Of a DNA stretch of 64,000 nucleotides, positions 1 to 9,776 are shown in pieces. The notes beneath the pieces were generated by a model. That model worked only from the letters and a program-made list of their open reading frames with translations. It was not told the origin of the DNA and ran no database searches. Numbering within the stretch: the stretch's first letter is position 1; every line of letters starts with the position of its first letter. The position numbers and the translations under genes were made by a program. Origin of the DNA: an uncultured delta proteobacterium (lineage in GTDB: Bacteria > Myxococcota_A > Polyangia > Fen-1088); NCBI GenBank assembly GCA_963755125.1, contig CAVWIP010000006.1, positions 96,001 through 160,000 of the forward strand. The letters are read 5' to 3'.

Positions 1-606
1 GACCGCGCGCACAGCCCAGGCCACCAGCTGGGCGGCATGAGAGGAGCCGGCCGTCACCTGCTCCACGCCCACCGGAATGTGGTTGTCGAGATCCAGTCGG
101 CCGATCTCGCCGGCGTCGTTGTCGATCACCGCCAGGCGCGTGCCAGCGCCGGTACCACACGCTGGCCGGTGCACTTCCACTCCGCTCTCGTCGACGAACC
201 AGCGGCCCGGGCTGGTGACCTCATCGAGGACCGACGGCCCCCGCGCGCGCCAGCGGGTCGCGCGCATGGGCAGGCAGCCGCGCAGATCCAGGGTCGGGGC
301 CAGACGCTGGCTGCCCACCTGGGCCGAGGCCAGGTAGCGCACGGCCATGCCGTCCGTCCGCAACCGGCGCTCACACTCCGCGCGCTCGAGGCCCGAGCCG
401 GCGCGCACCCGCGTCCAGTGCAGAGGGTGCCAGTCCAGCACCGGCTCGACCCGCAGGTCAGACGCAAGCTGGCCGAGCAGATCGGTGAGCCGGGCGGGGT
501 CGACGGGCCCCTCGCTGGCGAGGATCAGATCGTCGAGCCACGTGTCATCGTCCGGCGTGCCGGCGCTGACCGGCCGGTAATCGAAGTCCCAAGGCGGGCG
601 ATTCAT
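1..606 (-). CDS. S8 (subtilisin-like) serine peptidase, N-terminal part; runs off the window edge
   Basis: Not in the ORF track; manual translation from ATG 606, which overlaps the upstream stop (ATGA). Open to base 1: MNRPPWDFDY...GTGAGTRLAVIDND (Asp motif)...SSHAAQLVAW (His-like motif). The catalytic Ser would lie outside the window. Confidence 0.65.
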   Translation of the reverse strand, partial: MNRPPWDFDYRPVSAGTPDDDTWLDDLILASEGPVDPARLTDLLGQLASDLRVEPVLDWHPLHWTRVRAGSGLERAECERRLRTDGMAVRYLASAQVGSQRLAPTLDLRGCLPMRATRWRARGPSVLDEVTSPGRWFVDESGVEVHRPACGTGAGTRLAVIDNDAGEIGRLDLDNHIPVGVEQVTAGSSHAAQLVAWAVRAV

Positions 607-1565
607 GAGAGCACCTCCGTGGCCCAGTTTGAAAGCTTGTGCGCGCGCACCACGTAGCCGGCGCTGCCGCTCTCGCGTTCCGCGAGAGCGGCCTCGATGA
701 GTTCTTGTTCACGTGCCCAGTGGGACAGCCGCTCGGCTCCCAGCAGGCCCGCGAGCCGGGCCGCCAGACGGTAGCGCCATCTGGACATGGTCATCATGTT
801 GACCAGCACCCCGGATCGGTGCACCAGGCGGCGAACCAGTTCAATGTTGGGCTTCCCGTCGCGGGAAGCACTCTCTCGGACACCCAGGCCGCGGCTCAGG
901 CTGACCGCCCAGGCGCCGCCCTTGTTCCAGTCGTCTTCCCAGTCCAGCACGTCGTCGTGGAACTGCAGGCCAAGAACGATCCCGCGCAGCACGCGCTCGA
1001 TGGCGCGCTTGTGCCGGAGGGTTCCTCCCGCAGCCCGGCTCAGGGCCAGCGACGCGGGGAATGCCACCGCCTGCTTGGCCAGCGAGAGGTTGGCGTAGTC
1101 GGAGAACGAAAGGGCAATGCCGCGGTTGAGCAGAATGCGCTCGGTGTTTATGGCACAGAGCGCGCCGTATTCGGCGTCCTGGTAGGGCGATACCTCGCTG
1201 CCCGTCAGCTCGCAGATGGCCCGGTCACGTTCGAGGCGCACGTGGTCGAGCACGCGCAGCATCAGCGAATTGCTCTCGGCCTGGTGATCCAGCAGCCGGT
1301 CGGTGGCAAAGGCGGCGATCACGGCCAGCATGTGCGCGGTCGTCGCCGCCATAACCATCGGCTCGGTCGCCTGGGGCAAGGCGGAGGCGAACAGGGCCGG
1401 GGCAGCCAGCGTGACCTCGTTCCTGAAGATCTTGCTCCAGGGAACGTCCGGCAACGGGACCAGACCCAGGGCAAGAGCAAGCGTCCTCGCCTCGCCCTGC
1501 AGGTCGAGCGGCAGTTCGTCGCAGAAAGCAGTCCAGATGGCGTCGAGATTGCTTGAAACATCCAT
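603..1565 (-). CDS. Class I isoprenoid-synthase-fold protein (polyprenyl synthase/ComQ-like prenyltransferase)
   Basis: Helical 320 aa protein with ATDRLLD (first Asp-rich-like motif) and LGLQFHDDVLDWEDD (matches the GxxFQxxDDxxD second motif). Confidence 0.65.
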   Translation of the reverse strand: MDVSSNLDAIWTAFCDELPLDLQGEARTLALALGLVPLPDVPWSKIFRNEVTLAAPALFASALPQATEPMVMAATTAHMLAVIAAFATDRLLDHQAESNSLMLRVLDHVRLERDRAICELTGSEVSPYQDAEYGALCAINTERILLNRGIALSFSDYANLSLAKQAVAFPASLALSRAAGGTLRHKRAIERVLRGIVLGLQFHDDVLDWEDDWNKGGAWAVSLSRGLGVRESASRDGKPNIELVRRLVHRSGVLVNMMTMSRWRYRLAARLAGLLGAERLSHWAREQELIEAALAERESGSAGYVVRAHKLSNWATEVLS

Positions 1566-1628
1566 GGCGATACTTCTGTCACTCTGGGACCTCGCCGGGT
1601 GGCTGCGGTCCCAGGGCGACGGTTCGGG

Positions 1629-1940
1629 CTAGTAGTAGTTCGATTCTTTCCACGGGGAGAGCGCCACGTTGATGCGCTCGTCGATCAGGATGCCCCTCCA
1701 CATCTGGGTCTGTGACGAAGAGAGGCCTGCGAACGACGTTCCCGTCCATTCACGGATCCGCTGGTTCAGTTTCTGGCGAACTTCGGCGGCAGCGGCCGGC
1801 TCGCTCTCGTCCTCGCCCGAGGCGGCGGGGTACATCGACAGGAGCTGCTTGAATTCGTCGAAGTGTTCCTGCCGGGTGAGCAGGGACATGTACAAAGTTC
1901 TGAGCTGGGCGTGAGGGTCTGCGTGCTGTGCGGTTTGCAT
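1629..1940 (-). CDS. Small 103 aa protein, candidate peptide precursor (ComX-like)
   Basis: AGGAGA SD before ATG; first gene of the trio; C-terminus SFAGLSSSQTQMWRGILIDERINVALSPWKESNYY. Confidence 0.55.
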   Translation of the reverse strand: MQTAQHADPHAQLRTLYMSLLTRQEHFDEFKQLLSMYPAASGEDESEPAAAAEVRQKLNQRIREWTGTSFAGLSSSQTQMWRGILIDERINVALSPWKESNYY

Positions 1941-2242
1941 GGGTCTCCTTTGCGCGAGTTACCCCAGTCGACACCGATGCAGCGAGCCGCCGGGGCGGCC
2001 GAGGAAATTGCAATGACCGCGCCATCCCGGGATTCCAGCGAGAGTTCGCGTTTGTGCGGATTGGCCGCGCTAGCCGGTTTGAATAGTTGGTCGGATCCGC
2101 CCACTGGTTGCCCGGATCCGGCCAGCCGCCCTGGCCTTTCCCCGCGTGGCGCTGGCTTTGGCGCTGTGCACGGGGCTTGCAGACAGGGATACACGACTCG
2201 CTTCATGAAGACGCGTCAATCATCCGCCCAGCGAAAGCCATT

Positions 2243-2296
2243 GTGGGGCGACCTGCGGTCGCCCCTACAGATGCGGGCGCGGGCGGTCGTCCCTAC
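2243..2296 (-). repeat. Pair of GTAG-type REP-like palindromes
   Basis: Minus strand reads GTAGGGACGACCGCCCGCGCCC then GTAGGGGCGACCGCAGGTCGCCCCAC. A related palindrome is at 17552-17578. Confidence 0.6.
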
Positions 2297-2407
2297 CATC
2301 TTGCGTCTTGCGGTGATGGCGCACACACTTATACGTTCACTTGGGCGCAGGCCGGCATGGTTGTCGGCTGTGGATTGGGAGGGTGCATTCCGGGACAGGA
2401 GAGGCGC

Positions 2408-4567
2408 GTGAAGCAGGGTCGTTCGGCCGACGGAAACGGTGGCACTACGCGGTGGAGCTTGCTCTGGTCGCTGGGACTCTCCGGTCTGTGCGCGGCCTCG
2501 CTGGCTGGCGCGTGCCTGTATTTCTTCCTCGCCTACGTGCCTGGGCGGCGGGCGGCGGCCATCAAGCGGTGTCAGGAAGAACTGGGACTGCGCGCCGATT
2601 CGCACAGGGCGACTCTCGACCAGTGGATTGCCAGTGGCATGGCCGACGCCGAGGCCATGGCCAGCTATTCGGCCCCACTTGCCTCGCTTGCCGGCAGTGC
2701 TGGTGGGACGGCGCCCGGCTCGATCATCGCGGCGCCATCGAGCGAACTGGTCGAGCGGCTCATCCGGATCGGCACCTACGACCGCTTCGCGCTGCTCGAT
2801 GTCAGCTTGCGCATCACCGTCGAGGTCGGGAAGAAGGAACCGCTGGAGCCGTCTGTCCTGCGCGCCGCTGCCCAGGTGCTGGAGCGGGGAAAACCCGCGG
2901 TCGATTTCCACCGGCATGCCGACGGAACCGTGGCTGTCGCCTTCCTGGCCCGCGTGGGGACAGCCAGCGCGTCCCGGGCCGGCGAGCTAGCCGGCACGGC
3001 ACCGGCCTTGGTCCTGCTGGAAATCGATCCGAACCGTTGGCTCTATCCCTTCCTCGCCATGCGTCCCATCGCCGCGGCCTCTGCCGAGACCGTGCTTGTG
3101 CAAACCGCCGGCGACGACATCGTCTTCCTGAGCCCCTTGCTCCACAACCCCGCGCCCCCGCTGACCTTCCGGCGGCCGGCGAACGCCGCGCGCTTCGCAG
3201 CAGCGGCGGCCATCGAGGGACGTGGGGAATTCGACGCCTTCGTGGACTACCGGGGCGAGCCGGTGTTTGCCGCAGTGGCCCGGCTCGGTCGCGCGCCCTG
3301 GGGGATCGTGGTCAAGGTCGACCGGCGGGAAGTGCTGGCCGCCTTTCGGCAAGAGGCCCGCCACACGGGCGCAACAGCAGCCGTGGCAATCCTGAGCTTC
3401 TGGGCAGTGGCTTTCTTGCTGGTTCGTGCCTGGCGTCGGCGGGCCGAGGCAGCGCTGCGCGAGCGTGACCTCCGCTATCGTCTGCTGTTCGAGAACATGC
3501 AGGAGGGCTTCGCGTATTGTCGGATGCTCTACCGGGACGGCCGGCCAGACGACTTTGTCTACCTGGCGGTGAACCCGGCGTTCGAAAAGTTGACCGGGCT
3601 GAAGAACGTCGTCGGGAAAAAGGTGACCGAGGTCATACCCGGCATCCGGGAATCCAGCCCCGAATTGTTCGAGGCCTATGGACGCGTGGTCTCGACGGGC
3701 CGCCCGGAGAAGTTCGACATCTATCTGGGCGCTCTCGACATCTGGTTTTCGGTAGCCGTTCACAGTGTCGAGCAGGGTCACTTCGTCGCCGTGTTCGACA
3801 ACATCACCGAGCGAAAACGGGCCGAGGCGGAGCTGGCCGCCGCGCACAGCGAACTGGAGAAACGGGTGGCGGAACGCACCTCCGAGCTGTTGGTTTCCAA
3901 CCAGGAACTCGAGAGCTTCGCCTACGCGGTGTCGCACGACCTGCGCGCTCCTCTGCGCGGGATCGACGGATGGAGTCAGGCGGTGCTGGAAGATTGCGGC
4001 GCCCAGCTCGACGAACGGGGCCGCAGGTATCTCACAATGGTACGCGGCGAGACCCACCGGATGGACCAGCTCATCGACGATTTGCTGGAGCTGTCGCGCG
4101 TGACCCGCGCCCCGATGAGACGCGAGACGGTCGATCTGACCGCCATGGCGCAAGAACTGGAGGCCAGCCTGCGGGCCAACCAGCCCGAGCGCGTGGTGGA
4201 TTTCGTCGTGGCTCCGGGGATGGTGGCCCAGGGCGATGCGGTCCTGCTGCGCGCGGCGCTGCAGAACCTGTTGGGCAACGCCTGGAAGTTCACCGGAAAG
4301 CGGCCCTGGGCGCGCATCAAGGTGGGCTGCGTTTCTGAAGATGGGCGAACCGTGTATCATGTGCGCGACGATGGTGCGGGCTTCGACATGCGCTATGCGG
4401 GCAAGCTGTTCGCGCCCTTCCAGCGGCTGCACAGCCTGGATGAGTTTTCCGGGACCGGCATCGGTCTGGCCACGGTCCAGCGGATCATCCATCGCCATGG
4501 TGGCAAGGTTTGGGCCACGGCCGAGGTCGACCAGGGTGCGACTTTCTACTTCACCCTGACAGCGTGA
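2408..4567 (+). CDS. Membrane sensor histidine kinase (TM-Cache-like-TM-PAS-HisKA-HATPase)
   Basis: GTG 2408 after AGGAGAGG; H-box YAVSHDLRAPLR, N-box NLLGNAWKFT, DDGAGFDM, GTGIGLA. Confidence 0.9.
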   Translation: MKQGRSADGNGGTTRWSLLWSLGLSGLCAASLAGACLYFFLAYVPGRRAAAIKRCQEELGLRADSHRATLDQWIASGMADAEAMASYSAPLASLAGSAGGTAPGSIIAAPSSELVERLIRIGTYDRFALLDVSLRITVEVGKKEPLEPSVLRAAAQVLERGKPAVDFHRHADGTVAVAFLARVGTASASRAGELAGTAPALVLLEIDPNRWLYPFLAMRPIAAASAETVLVQTAGDDIVFLSPLLHNPAPPLTFRRPANAARFAAAAAIEGRGEFDAFVDYRGEPVFAAVARLGRAPWGIVVKVDRREVLAAFRQEARHTGATAAVAILSFWAVAFLLVRAWRRRAEAALRERDLRYRLLFENMQEGFAYCRMLYRDGRPDDFVYLAVNPAFEKLTGLKNVVGKKVTEVIPGIRESSPELFEAYGRVVSTGRPEKFDIYLGALDIWFSVAVHSVEQGHFVAVFDNITERKRAEAELAAAHSELEKRVAERTSELLVSNQELESFAYAVSHDLRAPLRGIDGWSQAVLEDCGAQLDERGRRYLTMVRGETHRMDQLIDDLLELSRVTRAPMRRETVDLTAMAQELEASLRANQPERVVDFVVAPGMVAQGDAVLLRAALQNLLGNAWKFTGKRPWARIKVGCVSEDGRTVYHVRDDGAGFDMRYAGKLFAPFQRLHSLDEFSGTGIGLATVQRIIHRHGGKVWATAEVDQGATFYFTLTA

Positions 4568-4576
4568 GAGAGGGGA

Positions 4577-5032
4577 ATGATGAAAGGACCACTGACGAAC
4601 AGAGCGATTCTGCTGGTGGAGGACAACCCGAGTGACGTCGATCTGACCAAGCGGGCTTTCGAGAAGAGAAACCTCGTCAACACGCTGGTGGTGGTCCGCG
4701 ACGGACAGGAGGCGCTCGATTACCTGTTCGGCGTTGGCGCGTACGCGGGACGGGATGTCGCCGACGTGCCTGCCTGCATCCTGCTGGATCTCAAGCTGCC
4801 CAAGGTGGACGGGGTGACGGTCCTGCAGACCATCAAGAGCGACGCACGAACGCGCATGATCCCGGTCATCGTCCTGACCTCGTCGAACGAGCCCCGGGAC
4901 ATCAAGGCGTGCTACGGCCTGGGAACCAACAGCTACATCCGCAAGCCGGTCGACTTCGACGAGTTCGTCGAGGCGGTCAGCCACCTGGGGCTGTACTGGC
5001 TGGTGCTCAACGAGCCGCCGCCCATGGCTTGA
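4577..5032 (+). CDS. Single-domain response regulator (Rcp-like)
   Basis: ILLVEDN, LLDLKLP, LTSS, YIRKP motifs. Confidence 0.92.
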   Translation: MMKGPLTNRAILLVEDNPSDVDLTKRAFEKRNLVNTLVVVRDGQEALDYLFGVGAYAGRDVADVPACILLDLKLPKVDGVTVLQTIKSDARTRMIPVIVLTSSNEPRDIKACYGLGTNSYIRKPVDFDEFVEAVSHLGLYWLVLNEPPPMA

Positions 5033-5045
5033 AGCGGCGGGACCG

Positions 5046-8000
5046 ATGAAGAAGCCGTCGGAAAAGTCCCTGCGCGTCCTCCTGGTCGAGGACGTGCCAA
5101 GCGACGCCGAGCTGCTGGTCCGCCATCTGACCCGCTCCAAATTCGCGGTCGAGCACCGCCGGGTGGACAGCGCCGAGGCCATGCGCCAGGCCCTGGCCGA
5201 GGGGACATGGGATCTGATCCTCTGCGACTACAAGATGCCGGGGTTCGATGCGCCCGCGGCTTTGCGGATCTACCAGGAGTGCGACCTCGACATCCCCTTC
5301 ATCGTGGTTTCCGGCACCATCGGCGAGGAAACCGCGGTGGAGATGATGAAGGCCGGCGCGCACGACTACCTGCTCAAAGGCAACCTGGGCCGGCTGGTTC
5401 CGGTCGTCGAGCGCGAGCTGCGCGAAACCGTCACCCGACGCGAGCACCGCCAGGCCGGTGAGGCCTTGCGCGCGAGCGAGCGTCGTTTGCGCGCGTTCTA
5501 CGAATCAGGTGTCGTCGGCGTTACCTTCTGGAACGCGAGTGGCCAGATCACGGACGCGAACGACGAATTTCTGAACATGGTCGGCTACTCCCGGGACGAC
5601 CTTGTCGCCGGCAAGGTCGACTGGATCAAGATGACGCCACCCGAGTACGCCCATCTCAACGAACTCGCAATGGCGGAACTCCGTGCCACCGGGTCCATCA
5701 AGACACCCAATGAGAAGGAATTCATTCGCAAAGACGGGACGAGGATTCCCGTCACTTTGACTGCTGCGACCACTGACGAAGATCGCACGTGTGGCGTGGG
5801 ATTCGCCCTCGACATCACCGAACGCAGGCGGGCGGAAGATGAGCTGCGGAGGAGCGAATTGCGATTCCGAGCGCTGATTGAACAAGCGCCAGTCGCTATC
5901 AGCCTTTCGCGCAATGGGCTCGGACTGTACGCAAATCCAAAGTGGCAAGAAATATTCGGTTTGCAAAGCGCGGAGGAGACTTTCGGCCAAGCGGTTGCCA
6001 ACTATTTTGCGCCGCAAGCCCGGGAGGAAAGCAAGGAACGCACTCGGCGTCGCTCGCAGGGACTCCCGGTGCCGACCGAGTTTGAATCTATCGGGTTGCG
6101 CCGTGACGGCTCACAATTCCCCATGCAGGTGACTGTTGCGCAGGTCCAGCTTTCAGACGGATTAGCCAATATTGCTTTTTTGACTGACATCACGGAGCGC
6201 AAGCGGGCCGAGCATGTGCAAGCCCGGCGCCAGCGGGAGATGGCTGCGATCAATCAAGTCATGACGGCCACCACCTCCACGCTGGACCTGCAGCAAGTGC
6301 TGGACACTCTTCTTGACAATTTGCGTGCGCTTTCGGGCGCGGATCGCGCCAGCGTCATGCTGCTGGACCAGAAGACCGACCTTCTGATTTCGGCAGCGGC
6401 CCGGGGATCGGACGGTCCTCTGCCGGCGACCCTGCGCCTGGCCAGCGGGCAGGGCGCGGCCGGGCAGGTGATCGAGAACGCGAAGCCACTGATCATTCCC
6501 GACGTCCGGAAGTCCACGCAGTTCATTCCGTCGCGCGGGCCAGAGCCCGACCAGGGTTCGCGCGTCCCAGGCGCCCTGGGCTACGCCGGCTTTCCCCTGA
6601 TCTCGCGCGGCCGTATGATCGGCGTCGCGTCGCTCATCACCACCACGCCACGGGACTTTTTGCCCGAGGAGATGACTTTTATCGAGACCATCTGCGGCGC
6701 CGCGGCCGTGAGCATCGACAATGCGCTGGCCCACCGCGAGATCCGTCGCCGCGCGGAGGCGCTGTCCAGCGAGTTCGCGATCCACAGGGACTACGCCGGG
6801 AACGTTCTGCGCAGCATTTCCGACGGAGTGGTCACCGTGGATGCGGCGAGGCGGATCGAGTCCTGGAGTCAGGGCGCGGAGGCCATCACGGGCTACACCG
6901 CACAGGAAGTGATAGGCAAGCTCTGCGGCGAGGTTTTCCAGGAGCTTGGCGCGGACGGGAAGCCCGTTCTCTGCCACACCAAGGATTGTCCGTTCGACGA
7001 GATCGAGCGCACCCGGAAGCCCTACCCCGCGCGCGAGATGGCTTGCATCCACAAAAACGGACAGCAGATCGCCATCGGCATGAGCGCCGCGCCGCTTTAC
7101 GACGACAAGGGCGAGTTCCAGGGCATCGTGAGGATCTTCCGTGACGTGTCCCGCGAGCGAGCGCTGATCGACGGCATCCGGCGCGCCGGCCAGGCCAAGA
7201 GCGTGTTTCTGGCCAACATGTCGCACGAGATCCGCACGCCCATGAACGCGATCCTTGGCTTCTCGCAGATCCTGCTCAAGGATCCGGCGCTGGCCGCGAG
7301 CCAGCGGCAGCACCTGGAGGTCATCTCCCGCAGCGGTGAGCACCTGCTGGAGTTGATCGACGACATCCTGGAGATGTCCAAGATCGAAGCAGGCCGCACC
7401 CCGCTGGCTCCTGCCAGTTTCAACCTGCGCGGGCTGATCACCGACCTGACCAGCATGTTCCGGATGCGCGCGGAGAGCAAAGGTCTGGATTTCGCCGTCA
7501 CAGTGGCCCCGGACGGGCCGGCGGTGCTGCTGGCCGACGAGAAGAAGCTGCGCCAGATCCTGATCAACCTGCTGGGCAACGCCATCAAGTTCACCGACAA
7601 GGGCTCGGTCCGCTGTGCCGTCGCGATCCGGCGGGAAGCGGACGGGGCACTGCGGCTGACTGTCGACGTGGAAGACACCGGTCCGGGAGTGGCAGCCATC
7701 GACGCCGAGCGCATCTTCCAGGCCTTCGAGCAGACCGAGGCCGGGGTCGGCGCCGGAGGCACCGGGCTGGGCCTGGCCATCAGCCGCCAGTTCGCCCGCC
7801 TGATGGGGGGAGACATCACCCTCGAGAGCGAGATCGGCCGGGGCAGCCGTTTCCGGCTCGACGTTCCCGTGGTGGTGGGAACCTCCGGCGGAACCACGCC
7901 CTCGGAGTTGCGCCGGCGCGTGGTCGGGATCAAGACGGGTCTGGGCGCCTTCCACGTGCTGGTGGTTGACGATGAGCCCGCGAACCGCCTCTTGCTGGTG

Positions 8001-8573
8001 GAGATGCTCAAAGCGGTCGGGTTCGGGACGCGAGAGGCCGCCAGCGGGGAGGAGGCCCTTGCCCTGGCGACCGAATGGCCGCCTGATGCGATCTTGATGG
8101 ACGTGCGCATGCCGGGCGGAAGCGGCCTGGACGCCATCCGGCGCTTGCGCGCGCGCGAGGCACAGCGGCGCATTCCCATCATCGCCGTCTCGGCCAGCAC
8201 CTTCGCGGAGGACCGCGGGCAAGCCCTGGCTGCCGGCGCCAGCGACTTTTTGGGCAAGCCCTTCCGCGAATCCGAGCTGCTGGAGAAGCTGCGCGCCGGT
8301 CTGGGCGTCGAATACGTGTACCTGGCAGCCACGCCGCGCGAGGATGGCGAGCCTGCCGGTGTGCCGGCTGGCCCCGGCCGGCTGCTCTTGGCGGCCAAGA
8401 CCGCCGAGCAGTTGCGCCAGGCGGCCGGTAGCGCCGATTACGGACGCATCATCGAGATCCTCGATGCCCTGGCCGGCACGGCCCCCGAGGCGGCGACTGC
8501 CCTGCGCGAGATTGTCGATCGCTTCGACTATCCCGCGCTGCTCGACCGCATCGGTGTTAAGGATGGTGCATGA
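5046..8573 (+). CDS. Hybrid histidine kinase REC-PAS-PAS-GAF-PAS-HisKA-HATPase-REC
   Basis: FLANMSHEIRTPMN, NLLGNAIKFT, DTGPG, GTGLGLAI; two REC domains; DITERR/DITERK PAC ends. Confidence 0.92.
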   Translation: MKKPSEKSLRVLLVEDVPSDAELLVRHLTRSKFAVEHRRVDSAEAMRQALAEGTWDLILCDYKMPGFDAPAALRIYQECDLDIPFIVVSGTIGEETAVEMMKAGAHDYLLKGNLGRLVPVVERELRETVTRREHRQAGEALRASERRLRAFYESGVVGVTFWNASGQITDANDEFLNMVGYSRDDLVAGKVDWIKMTPPEYAHLNELAMAELRATGSIKTPNEKEFIRKDGTRIPVTLTAATTDEDRTCGVGFALDITERRRAEDELRRSELRFRALIEQAPVAISLSRNGLGLYANPKWQEIFGLQSAEETFGQAVANYFAPQAREESKERTRRRSQGLPVPTEFESIGLRRDGSQFPMQVTVAQVQLSDGLANIAFLTDITERKRAEHVQARRQREMAAINQVMTATTSTLDLQQVLDTLLDNLRALSGADRASVMLLDQKTDLLISAAARGSDGPLPATLRLASGQGAAGQVIENAKPLIIPDVRKSTQFIPSRGPEPDQGSRVPGALGYAGFPLISRGRMIGVASLITTTPRDFLPEEMTFIETICGAAAVSIDNALAHREIRRRAEALSSEFAIHRDYAGNVLRSISDGVVTVDAARRIESWSQGAEAITGYTAQEVIGKLCGEVFQELGADGKPVLCHTKDCPFDEIERTRKPYPAREMACIHKNGQQIAIGMSAAPLYDDKGEFQGIVRIFRDVSRERALIDGIRRAGQAKSVFLANMSHEIRTPMNAILGFSQILLKDPALAASQRQHLEVISRSGEHLLELIDDILEMSKIEAGRTPLAPASFNLRGLITDLTSMFRMRAESKGLDFAVTVAPDGPAVLLADEKKLRQILINLLGNAIKFTDKGSVRCAVAIRREADGALRLTVDVEDTGPGVAAIDAERIFQAFEQTEAGVGAGGTGLGLAISRQFARLMGGDITLESEIGRGSRFRLDVPVVVGTSGGTTPSELRRRVVGIKTGLGAFHVLVVDDEPANRLLLVEMLKAVGFGTREAASGEEALALATEWPPDAILMDVRMPGGSGLDAIRRLRAREAQRRIPIIAVSASTFAEDRGQALAAGASDFLGKPFRESELLEKLRAGLGVEYVYLAATPREDGEPAGVPAGPGRLLLAAKTAEQLRQAAGSADYGRIIEILDALAGTAPEAATALREIVDRFDYPALLDRIGVKDGA

Positions 8574-9697
8574 GCGAAGCGGCACCCCGGAAGGATGCGG
8601 CCGGCATCCTGATGGTCGACGACAACCCGGTCAACCTGCAGGTGCTGACCAGCATGCTCAAGCAGTCCGGCTGGCGGCCACGGCCGGTAACCAGCGGCCG
8701 TCTCGGGCTGCAGGCGGCACGCAACGAGCCGCCTGACCTGATCCTGCTCGACGTGAACATGCCTGAGATGAATGGGTACGAGGTCTGCGAGGCGCTCAAG
8801 GCCGACGCCCGACTGGCAGAGATTCCCGTGATCTTCGTCAGTGCGCTGGGCGAGACCATGGACAAAGTGAAAGGTTTCGCAGTGGGCGGCGTCGACTACG
8901 TCACCAAGCCTTTCCAGCTCGACGAGGTCAGGGCGCGGGTGACGGCCCACCTGGAAGTACGCCGCCAGCAGCGCGAGCTGCAGGCCAGTTATGAGAAGCT
9001 ACGCGAGACCGAACGTCTGCGCGACAACCTCGTACACATGATCGTCCACGATCTGCGCTCGCCGCTCACCGCGATCTCAGCCTACTTGGAGATGTTCGCG
9101 CAGGAGGCGAAGCAGAAGCTGGGGGCCGAGACCCAGCAGGACATCGCCAGTGCGATGCAGGCCACGCGCAACATGACCCGCATGATCAATGGAATCCTGG
9201 ACGTGAGCAAGATGGAGGCGCAGATGATGAAGCTCGATCTGCGCGAGTGCGATCTGGTGCAGGTGGTCGGGGCCAGCATGAACGATCTCGATTCGCTGGT
9301 GGGCGCTCGCCGCCTGGCCTTCGAGCGGCCGGCGGAACCGGTCCGGGTGCTCGCGGATCAGGAGATCGTCGCGCGCATCGTGCAGAATTTTCTGGCCAAT
9401 GCCCTGCGCTTCACCCCGGCCTCGGGCGAGATCCGCGTGGGCATCGTGGTCGAGGTGGACCACGTCCGGGTGTTCGTGGCCGACACCGGCCCTGGCATCG
9501 CTCCGGATTTCCACCGCAGCATCTTCGATAAGTTCGTGCAGGTGGGTGCCTCGGCGTTGGCAAGGAACCGCAGCACCGGGCTGGGCCTGGCCTTCTGCAA
9601 GATGGCGGTCGAGGCCCACGGCGGTCGCATCGGCGTGGACAGCGAGCTGGGCAAAGGGAGCAATTTCTGGTTCACCCTGCCGCAGCGGCAAGCGTAG
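8570..9697 (+). CDS. Hybrid REC-HisKA-HATPase kinase
   Basis: N-terminal REC, IVHDLRSPL, DTGPG, STGLGLAFC; ATGA overlap with the previous gene. Confidence 0.92.
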   Translation: MSEAAPRKDAAGILMVDDNPVNLQVLTSMLKQSGWRPRPVTSGRLGLQAARNEPPDLILLDVNMPEMNGYEVCEALKADARLAEIPVIFVSALGETMDKVKGFAVGGVDYVTKPFQLDEVRARVTAHLEVRRQQRELQASYEKLRETERLRDNLVHMIVHDLRSPLTAISAYLEMFAQEAKQKLGAETQQDIASAMQATRNMTRMINGILDVSKMEAQMMKLDLRECDLVQVVGASMNDLDSLVGARRLAFERPAEPVRVLADQEIVARIVQNFLANALRFTPASGEIRVGIVVEVDHVRVFVADTGPGIAPDFHRSIFDKFVQVGASALARNRSTGLGLAFCKMAVEAHGGRIGVDSELGKGSNFWFTLPQRQA

Positions 9698-9702
9698 TCA
9701 GC

Positions 9703-9776
9703 CGTAGTCGTGGTCGTGGTCGTGGACGATTGGTGATCACCGACCACGACTACGACTACGACCTATGCGGCTATCG
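9703..9776. repeat. Hexamer (GTCGTG/CACGAC) inverted-repeat element between convergent genes; possible terminator
   Basis: gtagtcgtggtcgtggtcg pairs with cgaccacgactacgactac (one G-U), followed by cgacctatgcggctatcg. Confidence 0.65.
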
